A stretch of 64,000 nucleotides of DNA from Octopus vulgaris. Taxonomy: Eukaryota. The DNA is taken from positions 78,306,001-78,370,000 of the forward strand of contig OX597820.1 of the NCBI GenBank assembly GCA_951406725.2, written 5' to 3'. This document shows positions 29,021 through 41,585 of the stretch, piece after piece. Position numbers and translations under genes: made by a program. Below the pieces are notes generated by a model. The model was not told the DNA's origin. It did not search any database and saw only the letters and a program-made list of their open reading frames with translations. Within the stretch, counting starts at the first letter, position 1. Each line of letters opens with the position of its first letter.

Positions 29021-30386
29021 AGCCAAGTCGGAACAGATATTTTTCACGAGGCATTCCCCTTGCTACCTCGGCAATATCTGACCTAAAATTTTCAAATCGT
29101 CGCACTCGCGCCAAATTTATCGGCAGCAAATAAATATAAGCCGCCGATTCCATTACGGAATTAACCAGAAAATTCATAATTAATCAATATAGGGTGGCAA
29201 AAAAATTTTATAGAATTCTTTTGCCACCAGCGGCCTAGTGGGAAAAAATTAAATAGTCATAAACCATTTTTAAGTTCAACATCACAATCAAGGAACGGCC
29301 ATAATAGGCCATTCACCCACTAGAAATAACAGCCAAAAGCTTTAACCGCAAAATAACATCAATTCCGTAAACCAGGAGAAAATTAAAAAACATTTACCCT
29401 GTAATTTCTTAGACGATGCACCGTTTAATCTACCGTTTAATGGTAAACTAACCTGATTAAATTAAATCAAGCCAATCTACCATAGGCCCTTAGATTCATC
29501 AGTAAGAAATAGCCAAGTCGGAACAGATATTTTTCACGAGGCATGCCCCTTGCTACCTCGGCAATATCTGACCTAAAATTTTCAAATCGTCGCACTCGCG
29601 CCAAATTTATCGGCAGCAAATAAATATAAGCCGCCGATTCCATTACGGAATTAACCAGAAAATTCATAATTAATCAATATAGGGTGGCAAAAAAAATTTT
29701 GTAGAATTCTTTTGCCACCAGCGGCCTAGTGGGAAAAAATTAAATAGTCATAAACCATTTTTAAGTTCAACATCACAATCAAGGAACGGCCATAATAGGC
29801 CATTCACCCACTAGAAATAACAGCCAAAAGCTTTAACCGCAAAATAACATCAATTCCGTAAACCAGGAGAAAATTAAAAAACATTTACCCTGTAATTTCT
29901 TAGACGATGCACCGTTTAATCTACCGTTTAATGGTAAACTAACCTGATTAAATTAAATCAAGCCAATCTACCATAGGCCCTTAGATTCATCAGTAAGAAA
30001 TAGCCAAGTCGGAACAGATATTTTTCACGAGGCATGCCCCTTGCTACCTCGGCAATATCTGACCTAAAATTTTCAAATCGTCGCACTCGCGCCAAATTTA
30101 TCGGCAGCAAATAAATATAAGCCGCCGATTCCATTACGGAATTAACCAGAAAATTCATAATTAATCAATATAGGGTGGCAAAAAAAAATTTTGTAGAATT
30201 CTTTTGCCACCAGCGGCCTAGTGGGAAAAAATTAAATAGTCATAAACCATTTTTAAGTTCAACATCACAATCAAGGAACGGCCATAATAGGCCATTCACC
30301 CACTAGAAATAACAGCCAAAAGCTTTAACCGCAAAATAACATCAATTCCGTAAACCAGGAGAAAATTAAAAAACATTTACCCTGTA

Positions 30387-30493
30387 ATTTCTTAGACGAT
30401 GCACCGTTTCATCTACCGTTTAATGGTAAACTAACCTGATTAAATTAAATCAAGCCAATCTACCATAGGCCCTTAGATTCATCAGTAAGAAAT
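30387..30493 (-). ncRNA. Type I hammerhead ribozyme, intact core (array copy 8)
   Basis: Same motif as copy 2; C at 30410 preserves G12. Confidence 0.85.
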
Positions 30494-30703
30494 AGCCAAG
30501 TCGGAACAGATATTTTTCACGAGGCATTCCCCTTGCTACCTCGGCAATATCTGACCTAAAATTTTCAAATCGTCGCACTCGCGCCAAATTTATCGGCAGC
30601 AAATGAATATAAGCCGCCGATTCCATTACGGAATTAACCAGAAAATTCATAATTAATCAATATAGGGTGGCAAAAAAAAATTTTGTAGAATTCTTTTGCC
30701 ACC

Positions 30704-31427
30704 AAATTACAGGGTAAATGTTTTTTAATTTTCTCCTGGTTTACGGAATTGATGTTATTTTGCGGTTAAAGCTTTTGGCTGTTATTTCTAGTGGGTGAAT
30801 GGCCTATTATGGCCGTTCCTTGATTGTGATGTTGAACTTAAAAATGGTTTATGACTATTTAATTTTTTCCCACTAGGCCGCTGGTGGCAAAAGAATTCTA
30901 CAAAATTTTTTTGGCACCCTATATTGATTAATTATGAATTTTCTGGTTAATTCCGTAATGGAATCGGCGGCTTATATTTATTTGCTGCCGATAAATTTGG
31001 CGCGAGTGCGACGATTTGAAAATTTTAGGTCAGATATTGCCGAGGTAGCAAGGGGAATGCCTCGTGAAAAATATCTGTTCCGACTTGGCTATTTCTTACT
31101 GATGAATCTAAGGGCCTATGGTAGATTGGCTTGATTTAATTTAATCAGGTTAGTTTACCATTAAACGGTAGATGAAACGGTGCATCGTCTAAGAAATTAC
31201 AGGGTAAATGTTTTTTAATTTTCTCCTGGTTTACGGAATTGATGTTATTTTGCGGTTAAAGCTTTTGGCTGTTATTTCTAGTGGGTGAATGGCCTATTAT
31301 GGCCGTTCCTTGATTGTGATGTTGAACTTAAAAATGGTTTATGACTATTTAATTTTTTCCCACTAGGCCGCTGGTGGCAAAAGAATTCTACAAAATTTTT
31401 TTTTGCCACCCTATATTGATTAATTAT
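30704..31427 (+). repeat. Inverted block of the same unit (about 1.47 copies), ending in (TA)n
   Basis: Near-exact reverse complement of the array unit. The 66-aa ORF flips strand here (30934-31134 +). Confidence 0.97.
31091..31197 (+). ncRNA. Type I hammerhead ribozyme, intact core, extended stem II
   Basis: Stem I ATTTCTTA/TAAGAAAT; CTGATGA 31099-31105; stem II ATCTA/TAGAT; GAAAC 31174-31178; self-complementary stem III ACGGTGCATCGT; GTC triplet with cleavage predicted after C31189. Confidence 0.88.
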
Positions 31428-31496
31428 ATATATATATATATATCCTGTTGTACCCGTCCACCAGAACTTTCTCTCACTCTTTCTTCCTGTTTCTGC

Positions 31497-31680
31497 TGTA
31501 ACTGTATTTCAAACGGCCACCGTTGTCGCACAGTGTGTCACGCTGAATCTCGTCGAGAACTACGTTAAGGGTACACGTATCTGTGCAGTGCTCAACCGCT
31601 TACACGTTAATTAGACGAGCAGGCTGTTCCGTCGTTCGGATCAGCTGGGACCCTCGTCGTGGCAACTGTCGGAGTGCCAC
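31497..31680 (+). mobile_element. SINE family A, 3' half
   Basis: Matches 390-570 (GTCACGCTGAATCT..GAGAACTACGTTAAGGGTACACGT). Confidence 0.75.
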
Positions 31681-31684
31681 TTAT

Positions 31685-31765
<81 letters not shown>

Positions 31766-31787
31766 GAGAGAGAGAGATAAACATACA

Positions 31788-31824
<37 letters not shown>

Positions 31825-32667
31825 ATGAACGCATATCATATATATGTTGAGAGAGAGAGAGAAATAAGCATAGGTATAATTATACTTTGCTACCTTTTAT
31901 CTATCTCTTCTCTCTTCACTCTTCTCTCTTCTTTCATACATGTTTGTACGTGCGCATTTGATATTCCTTTTTGTTTTGTCTTTCTTATTTGTATTGTTGT
32001 AGTCTTGCTTTTCAATCTTGTATCTACGTGATACATTTATTCTCTTTCTTGTCACGCTTCTTGTTGATTCTCCTCATTTCCTTTTCCGACACAATCGGTG
32101 TCTGACTGTTAACACACTTTCACATAAAGACACATCTCTCTTGCTCCCACAATCGCTATCATCTCGCCGTGTTCAAACTGTCTCCTACATTCGCCTTCTT
32201 TCGAAATATATGAGAGAAAAGATATGGTGGAGAGGGGGAAACCCATCGAAAGACAGAGAGAGAGAGAGAGAGACTTAGCAAGCAAAGAGAGGGATATAGG
32301 AAGGCAATAGCAGAGAAATGGATAGGGCTATATATAATAAAAATTTTATACAAAACTATACCTCACTAATAAGCATGTTAATCTATAAATGTACATATAC
32401 ACTGGTACAAAGATCCTATATATATATATGTGTGTGTGTGTGTGCGTGTGTGTATACATATATATGTACATACATGTATGTATGTATACATAAATATATA
32501 CAAATATATATATATGTAAATATGTATGTATGTGTGTACGTGTGTGTATTTCGTAGAAATAGAACAATTGCTTCTACTTTCTTATAACTTCCTCTCATCA
32601 TAGGATTCTATTAAAATTCATATATATATTAATATGTACATATATATATATATATATTAATATGTAC

Positions 32668-32757
<90 letters not shown>

Positions 32758-32764
32758 ATAGATA

Positions 32765-32803
<39 letters not shown>

Positions 32804-32999
32804 ACGTGTGTGAGTGTAGATACGCACATACACGTATATGTATATGTATATACAGAACAACTAAAGAATAAAAATGATTTTTTGTTACATTACGATTATA
32901 ATTACATTCTCAGATGTCCATCAATGAGATTGTGTGTTAAACATATAGGAGCTAAAATATCGTGATAGCAAAAACAGAAATTATGCATATATATTTACA

Positions 33000-33158
33000 G
33001 GTGAGGCTGTGTAGTTAGTAACTAGTAACTTGCTTACCAGCCACATGGTTCCGGGTTCAGTCCCATTGCGTGGCACATTGGGTGTCTCCTACTATAGCCG
33101 CGGACCGACTAAGGCCTTGTGAGTGGATCTGGGAGACGGAAACTGAAAGAAGTCCTTC

Positions 33159-33207
<49 letters not shown>

Positions 33208-33263
33208 TGTGTGTGTCTGTGTTTGTCCCCTCATCAACGCTTGACAATCGATATTGGTGTGTT
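33000..33263 (+). mobile_element. SINE family B, 3'-truncated
   Basis: CACATGGTTCCGGGTTCAGTCCCA..GACGGAAACTGAAAGAAG..(TA)n..TTGACAATCGAT. Confidence 0.8.
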
Positions 33264-34663
33264 GGATCTTTTCCTTTAGATAGACAGGATTCAACCTAAT
33301 TTCTAGTTAACTTAAACAATTTGAAACTTCGTATACTGGTAGAATGTGTCAAAAGAAAACATTATTTTCACTTGGCACTTTTGATAAATTTGTAATTTGT
33401 AAGTTTAACGTAGTTTAATTCTTCGAATTTTAACCAATGAATCGCCAGTATTTGAGCTCAAAACATTTGCTGCGTCTAAAAACTCAGGCAACATCCTGTT
33501 ACTGTTTGTTTTAGTTTTTCATCACATCCGTTCCCTTCTCTCACTCAGTCCGTCTCTCTATTATCTACATATGTAAATACAAACATGCGTACAAACACTC
33601 ATGTATATATATATATATGGATACACACACGTGTATATAAACATATATACACACAATATGGGAATACATACATACGCATACAAATATATAAATACACATA
33701 CATATGTAAATACAAACATACACATTTCATATAATCTTCCACATTCTTTGTACGTTTCACAAACATACACACACAACACATTCTACACATCTTTATACAC
33801 ACTCTCAGTTTCACTATCACACACCATCGCACATCTTCAACAAGCTGCATGAAGGCCTCTACATCCACTGCTTTTCATTTCACTGTCCGCATAAGCATCA
33901 CGTCTTCTACAAACTACATACATACACCTTTATATATACTGTTATACACTATTGCACGTTTTATACACTCTACATATAGCCCTGTATACACGCTGTCATA
34001 CATATCACATCTACACACCATATATACACTTAAGTATATTTATATATCATTACATAATATACACCAATTGCCTGTAGTCTTGTGTATATATACGATTAAA
34101 TCAAGCATATAAAAACCCTCGTAAAGGGATGTTAGCATTTTTTTTTCTTATATATATGTATATATATATATATATACATATGCGCACACACTATTGTACA
34201 TCACACATTTTATACACACCACAAAGTCCTCTACTCTACAAATATTATACACACTTCATGTAGTCCTCAACATTGATTGTCCGTCCACACAGCATTCCCC
34301 GTTATACACCCACTGCTTGTTATCCTCTATATACACTAATATACACCACCAAAAACTTTCAACACACCATAATAAGCCTCTACGTGTGTCCCTGGTAGTT
34401 ACCTATATACACTGGTCTATACATTCTCACACAATTTCAATATGCAACATACAGACTTCTACACCTTATTATCTATACCTATACGTTTCTATACACCCAC
34501 ACACATTTTCAATATACAGCATAAATATATATATACTGATATATATATATACATAGTCAATAATTCTTGAGCAAAGCACTTCATTTCACGTTGCCCTGCA
34601 ATCACCCCAACATCTGGCATGTGGTACACCCTCCACCTGTTCAAGCAACACCAATATGATGGA

Positions 34664-34710
<47 letters not shown>

Positions 34711-34748
34711 TATGTATATATACACGTTCGGAGTTCAAATTCCGCGTC

Positions 34749-34975
34749 GACAAGAACGCGAAACATCGAGACAGTTAAGTGATACCAAAATGTGATAACA
34801 AAACCTCCAGATAGACGATACAAAGAAAACACGGACGGGTCATTCGGTGTTTTCTTTCCTCAGTCGAGTTCCAGATTATCTTTGCAATTTCGGCTGATCG
34901 TCTATCTGGATGTTTTGCTGTCGCTTCTTTGTATCACTTAACTGTCTAGATGTATTGCGTTCTTGTCTCATTTTG

Positions 34976-34983
<8 letters not shown>
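34749..34983. mobile_element. Inverted pair of fragments of the 1130/45093 repeat family, ending at (TA)n
   Basis: 34749-34820 is roughly the reverse complement of 34897-34966. 34830-34896 matches 45168-45231. Confidence 0.6.
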
Positions 34984-35065
<82 letters not shown>

Positions 35066-35427
35066 GTATGTATGCATATACCAATGCATATATGTGAATA
35101 CATATGCGTGGGTCTTTATATTTTCGCTTGCATTTTGGAGTTTCAAGAGCATCTCTGTCTTTTTTGTTCTTATATGATTGGACAACAAATACGAAGCTTT
35201 CAAAGTGTAATGTGATTTAGCGAGCATGAGTCCGAGACATCCTCCCCTAAAATCGCTAATGCTATCGCCTTCAAGTCTTCGGGAAACATCCCTACCTAGT
35301 CTCTTTTTGGTATGCTGAACTTTTCACATCCAAGTCTTCTTCGAAGTATGTTATTGCAGCCCTTTGAGGATTTTATGGAAGGTCACCAGTAACAGAGTGT
35401 TTCCCGTGGAGTTCCCTGCCGACACGT

Positions 35428-36050
35428 ACTTACTTGTACTTGTACTTGTGGCGACATTCAACCTGGGCGGGTAAGTCGGCTTCTTCTACCACCCTCGAAG
35501 CATCTGAAATCATGGCAGCCCACGCACGACGGTCCTGCGCCAGTTCACTGGAGATAGCAAGCCAGTCACGGTTCCATCGGCACAGGCCGAGCACCTGCGG
35601 TCCCGTGAGCACGGAGAGGTCCTCCTTGATCGTCGTAACCCAGGTCTTCAGCTGCCCGCCCGCGCGTTTCCGCCAGTTGGGAAGTGGAGTTGGGAGAAGG
35701 ACATCACGGCTCATTGTATTCGCCATTGAGAATTCATGGAAGAAGTTTCGTGGGAATATGTGGATTTCACAAGCGGTCCCCAACAATCCCGTATGTAGAG
35801 ACATCCTGTTTGCCGCAGATTATCCGCAGACGCAGGGACAGAACGGCCGAGGAGCCGCCGGTTGCCGAAACAGACACTCCGAGGATTTTCACCAGAGCCC
35901 CGTCTGCCGGATTGTGGCCCTAATACCACTCGGTGTCAGACCAATTCGCCTTGGGTGGCCCTACCAGGAACCGAAGTTCCCGACGGCATAGCTCTGACAC
36001 TACCCGTTGCCAGCGTCCCCACCACGGTGAGGAGGGGATGGACTTTAGGG
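35428..36050 (-). mobile_element. Internally deleted (bipartite) RTE element: 5' UTR-like part fused to the ORF2 3' end with an (ACAAGT)n tail
   Basis: 3' part WRKRAGGQLKTWVTTIKEDL..ELAQDRRAWAAMI. The 5' part on the minus strand has AGAGCTATGCCG..CCTGGTAGGGCCACCCA, resembling RTE 5' UTR blocks. Confidence 0.75.
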
Positions 36051-36059
36051 ATGCTAGCA

Positions 36060-36720
36060 TGTGTTTGCTCCGCCTTTCAGTACTAAGCTTATGTATTTAT
36101 TTTTGCTGTTGTCGCATAGCAGTTACCGACTCACAGACACTGACCAAACGATATTCGAAGGCTGTGAGCTGTCTGCACTGATCTCACGCCTCTACTTCTG
36201 TCATCGCTTCTCATGTTGAGCATTTCAATATCGCTGATTTCGAGAAAATGTACAGTTGTTATCAGGATGTTGCGGGTTTTAATGTCAATTGAGTAGAACT
36301 TTGCTACAGACCAATCACACCGTCCAAAATTTTGGAATCGGTACAAGTACAGTAAATACATTGTAGGATAATATATTTTAGAGGAAATTCCTGATAGATA
36401 TATTTTTCTAAGTCAGATATAATATTCTCGGGTCATTCGATCTTTATTCGCATCACCTTCGATGGATAGGTTTTTGTCAATGCTAGGTATTTGTAGCGTT
36501 ACTTGTATGAACAAACTTCCTTTCGGCCAGTTTCCTTTTCTGTGTCAGCTGGTAAAGTTGCTATTAATTCCAAAAGTTTTTGGCATTAATAGCATTTTTA
36601 GTATAAATCTTCCATTCTTCCACAAAGAAATGATTAGTTACATCTGCAGATGTTGTAGATCCGAGCAGAAAGACATTAAAATTTTGAAGCAGGAATGATA
36701 ATGGATTTAATGCCAAAATG
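36060..36720 (-). mobile_element. Old R4/Dong LINE relic
   Basis: FGRCDWSV..IDIKTRNILITTVHF..SDIEML..RGVRSVQTA..RI parallels the 16059 ORF. Confidence 0.55.
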
Positions 36721-36899
36721 AACAGAATTACAGAATGACATTCTACTTGGAATACACCATTCGAAATGTTTATAACGACAGATACGATCTTTCCACTCTT
36801 AATTTAGAGGGGAGCTGCCCACGACTTTTTGTGTTACGCAATGGCAGTAACAAAGCTAGCAGGTACTTTTGGTATGTTTAACTCTAGATACCCCATCCA

Positions 36900-36982
36900 T
36901 GTATATATATATTTATATACATACGTATATCATATATATATATATATACACACATATATATATATATATATATACATACATC

Positions 36983-37014
<32 letters not shown>

Positions 37015-37031
37015 CATATATATATATATAC

Positions 37032-37072
<41 letters not shown>

Positions 37073-37121
37073 CACAAGCATATACACATATATATAAATG
37101 TGTGTATGTGTACATACATGC

Positions 37122-37168
<47 letters not shown>

Positions 37169-37427
37169 TATACATATATATACATGTATATATATATACA
37201 TATATATATACATATATACATATACATATATATACATGTATATATATATATACATATATATATGTACGTGTGTATGTACATATTCGCTTTCTTCTCTCTT
37301 TCCAACATATATCCTCCATTAAAAAAAGTACTTCAGCTTTTGCACCAATAAAATCTCTCCTAGTTTTATATTTGCTGAACAGAAAAACCTACATATAAGG
37401 ACAACATTATGTATATATACATATACA

Positions 37428-37517
<90 letters not shown>

Positions 37518-37957
37518 CATACATATCTTTGTACGTGTACGTATGTATGTATGTATGCATATATGGGTATATGTATGTCTGTATTAGACATGTAAGTATA
37601 TTTTCATATTTTTCCTATCATTATACAATGTCTTATATATATAAATATCTCACAATCTAACTTAAAGTCATATTCGTATGTAATTGCATTGACAACTTAA
37701 AATAGTTCTGTATATTCTTTAGATGCCTCGCATAAAACAGTCAGATTGCCTTTTAATGGCATAATTATTGCGGAACAGTTAAAATGGAGTTTGTGGTGAT
37801 TTTGTTTTCTCTGTACGTTATTATTTGCGCCTTAGTGAGAGAGAATGTAACGTGTGTGTGCATGTGATCGTGCAACTGGGTACATCTCTTTGTTGAAACA
37901 ATGGGATAAACACACTTCAAAATAGGCACGTTTACATACATACTAATATACACACAG

Positions 37958-38010
<53 letters not shown>

Positions 38011-38949
38011 CATATTTATAAATATATAGATATATATGTATAGATATATACATATATATACATTCATATATATAAAGATATATAGATATATATATACATA
38101 TATATAGATATATAAATATGTATGTATTTATATACATATATGTATATATATAAAAATAGATGAATGTATTTATACACACGCACTAATACACACACACACA
38201 CATATATATATGAATATGTATGAATATGTATATTCGTATATATATTAAACGAACATATATACTTACATCAATGCATAGATACATGGCTACATAGACATAT
38301 AGATGTATGCATGCACATATACATTCACACACACACATGCGCAAACACACACACATATATATATGTGTGTGTGTGTGCGCGTGTGTGTGTGTGTGTTTGT
38401 GTACATGTGTGTGTGTAAATGTGAGTGTATATATGTGTGTATGTATCTATTTGTCTAAGTAGCCATGTTTCTTTGAATTTATGTACGTATGTATATTCGT
38501 TTCCGGTGACGGCTATTCATAGAAAAAGTTGAGGGAAAGCAACCGTTTTCATTACGATGCAGAATGTATGTTCATTAAAAGAACGAAATAAACTTAACCA
38601 TAATTTATTGTAATGTTTGTTCACTGTGTTAGCCATTCCTTTGTAATGTAACATACACACGTGCGCGCGCGCTGAACACACACACAGACGCATAGACACA
38701 CACACAAAGATTTATACACACATACACAAATTGAAAACATATACGATATTTGTAAATGAATAAATATTTACGATGGCTTTCTGTGTGAGCATATATAATT
38801 ATATACATACCATTAAATTCATATTTTGCATTCATAAATGTTATGTTACACATGTGTGAGACTGTGTATATACACATGCGTCTATGTATACGTACATTGT
38901 ATGCACGTATATGCATGCATTTACATTCATATATCTACATATATATGTA

Positions 38950-38994
<45 letters not shown>

Positions 38995-39062
38995 TATACA
39001 TATATATACATATATATATGTATGTATAAATATATATATATATATCTTTACATATAAATATA

Positions 39063-39102
<40 letters not shown>

Positions 39103-39169
39103 TATATTTATATGTATAGATATAGATATAGATATACATATACATATATATATATACATACATACATAC

Positions 39170-39207
<38 letters not shown>

Positions 39208-39378
39208 CTATATATATATGGCCGCAGTCAAATGACTGAAACAAGAAGGACAATAAAACAGTATATATATATGTGTGAGTGTGTGTGTGTGTGTGTGTGT
39301 GTAGATATGTATTCTTTAATTGTTTTATAGATGCATATATATTATATGCATATACATACATACTTACGTATATATAAT

Positions 39379-39427
<49 letters not shown>

Positions 39428-39924
39428 GTACGTGTGTGTGTATGTGTGTGTGTGTGCGAGCGTGTTTGTGTGTATGTCTGTGTGTGTACCATCGCGTATA
39501 TTTTCCAACAGAAAATATTTAAAAATCTGAAATCTTTTCAAAATATGTAGAACAATCACCAAAAGCATACATATAATTTCTTCCGTGCGTCTGAGAGGAG
39601 AGATGTGGGTGTTCTTACCGTTATTATTTCCTAATGATCTCGTTTTCAATAAATGACAGAAATATAAGCATTATATATGTGAATGTCTGAAAAGTCATAC
39701 GTAATGTATACATACGTACATACATGCATATAAATATTCCTATGTACATTCACACACACACATACAAATATTCATATATATATATATATATACTTACATA
39801 CATATATATATTAATATTTATATATAAATATATATGTGTGTGTGCATGTATGTATATATATATGTAAATATATATATATGTATATATATATATATATGTA
39901 TGTATGTATGTATGTATATATGTA

Positions 39925-39960
<36 letters not shown>

Positions 39961-40023
39961 TATCGTATTTACATTAATCATAAGAATTAATATGATGTGG
40001 CATAGGATTGATTACCTTTAATT

Positions 40024-40054
<31 letters not shown>

Positions 40055-40120
40055 CGTTTAAATATTTGTTGTGCAAGATTTTTTATTGGCTAAACTGGCA
40101 ATATGACCATTCCGAAATAT

Positions 40121-40193
<73 letters not shown>

Positions 40194-40300
40194 CAGATTT
40201 ACATATACATATACATATATGCAAATTCATATACATATATGCAAATTCATATACATATATACGTTTCTGTGTGTATTTGTGTCTGTGTTTGCGTGTGTAA
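36900..40300. repeat. Extended field of degenerate (TA)/(CA)/(TACA) microsatellites with short unique interruptions
   Basis: Directly visible; source of many YI-repeat ORFs. Confidence 0.9.
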
Positions 40301-40859
40301 GCTATATATATGTCATTATATTTAAGGCTGTTTACGGTCATTTCATGTAAAATATATGCTTTTCAAAATTAAGATGTTTTTGTAATAAAACTGCAGCATT
40401 TTGTCTTTTGAAAGACAAAACATGTTATATGGGTGAACGTATATAAATTGCTTGTTACTATGGAATCATGTTTTAGCTTGTTTCATCAAAGTTCTAAATA
40501 TATATCATCTACGACGTATTTTAAATTTAATGATTGTGCGTATACGCTTAAATAGCCATAAAAGCAGTGAGGAGACATTTTGTGATAATGGAGGAGACAT
40601 GAAATGAAAAATTTTAAGTGTGTCATCTATCTAAAAATTGTCTACGCTTCATTTGATTAATTACTACACGAAGGAAAACGCTTAGTTTTCTCGTTCGTAT
40701 CCTTCTAACTCTGCCTGTGTAAACCTGGCCCATATAAATGATGGTAGCACGAAAGACAGATAGAAAACACTGGAAATAAATATGTATTGGTTTGCTGTGG
40801 TGTGCTATAGTTTGGCGATGGCTGAGCATGAGTAAACTGCGAAGTCCTTTACGTTTGTA

Positions 40860-41290
40860 CAGTTCGTTATTTTATGTGAATTATAACTCAGAATATTGTA
40901 CGGCGGTGAAACATTTGACAAAGAAATTATCATACGGACAAAATGGAAGCTACACAGGTATGGTAGGAATGGACTTACATGTGAAATGACAGCAACATAT
41001 GACAAATGAATGCCTTTACGGAAACCAGCCGAAAGTCGGCGAGAAGTTCATGCAAGGTGGCTGCGACTGTCTGGTCACAGCCTGCGTCACTCTCGGCTGG
41101 AATCATCCAAATGAATCCAATGGAACCTAATTTATGGTGATGTAAGCAGAGGAACATGTCGTCACACATCGCTGACTTAATTGCAGACACTAGCCTGGAA
41201 TGTATTCACGACCTTGAGACAGTGATGATGGATCAAGTGTGGCTGATAGACTTCGTTGCTGCGACCCAGATTGGAACCCGACCATAAAAA
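40860..41290 (+). mobile_element. Old RTE-type LINE 3' relic
   Basis: ILYGGET..TKKL..NGSYTGM..HVK*QQHMTNECLYGNQPKV..WLRLSGH..DLIADTSL..LETVMMDQVW across frameshifts. Confidence 0.65.
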
Positions 41291-41304
41291 TATAATAAGT
41301 AAAG

Positions 41305-41450
41305 GAACGTGGCCCCGTGGTTAGGTTGTTGCACTCACGATAAGTAGATTGTGGTTTCGATTTCCGAACCGAGGGCTATGTTGTGTTCTTGAGCAAAACA
41401 CTTTATAATACGTTGCTCCAGTTCACTCAGCTGCAGACGATCAATCCTGC
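41305..41450 (+). mobile_element. SINE family A, degenerate 5' part
   Basis: GTTGTGTTCTTGAGCAAAACACTTTAT..CGTTGCTCCAGTTCACTCAGCTG. Confidence 0.7.
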
Positions 41451-41585
41451 GGCAGACCGGTGTCCAGTTGTGGGTGGATGTTGCGATCTCGGTCACTTAT
41501 ACGTCGTAGTAAAGGGGTAGGTGGACCTAAGAATCATAGGACTCGAGACAGTATTGTTCGGAGGTTGGTGAAGGTAATGCTAACG

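Larger units (their letters stand above)
26829..30704 (-). repeat. Tandem array of a 489-492 bp unit (7 full copies plus 441 bp), hammerhead-containing, retrozyme-like
   Basis: Unit starts at 26829, 27320, 27809, 28300, 28791, 29281, 29772 and 30264. Copies differ only by a few substitutions and homopolymer lengths. Confidence 0.97.

Noticed and set aside
26829-30704. CRISPR array, or tandem 5S/snRNA/tRNA gene cluster
   Set aside because: No repeat-spacer alternation, a eukaryotic context, and no recognisable 5S, U-snRNA or tRNA sequence in the unit.
27015-31134. Repeated 66-aa ORF (MNFLVNSVMESAAY..) in each array unit as a protein-coding gene array
   Set aside because: No recognisable domain. 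It is repeated only because the units are nearly identical, overlaps the hairpins and ribozyme, and is not evident in the diverged relatives.
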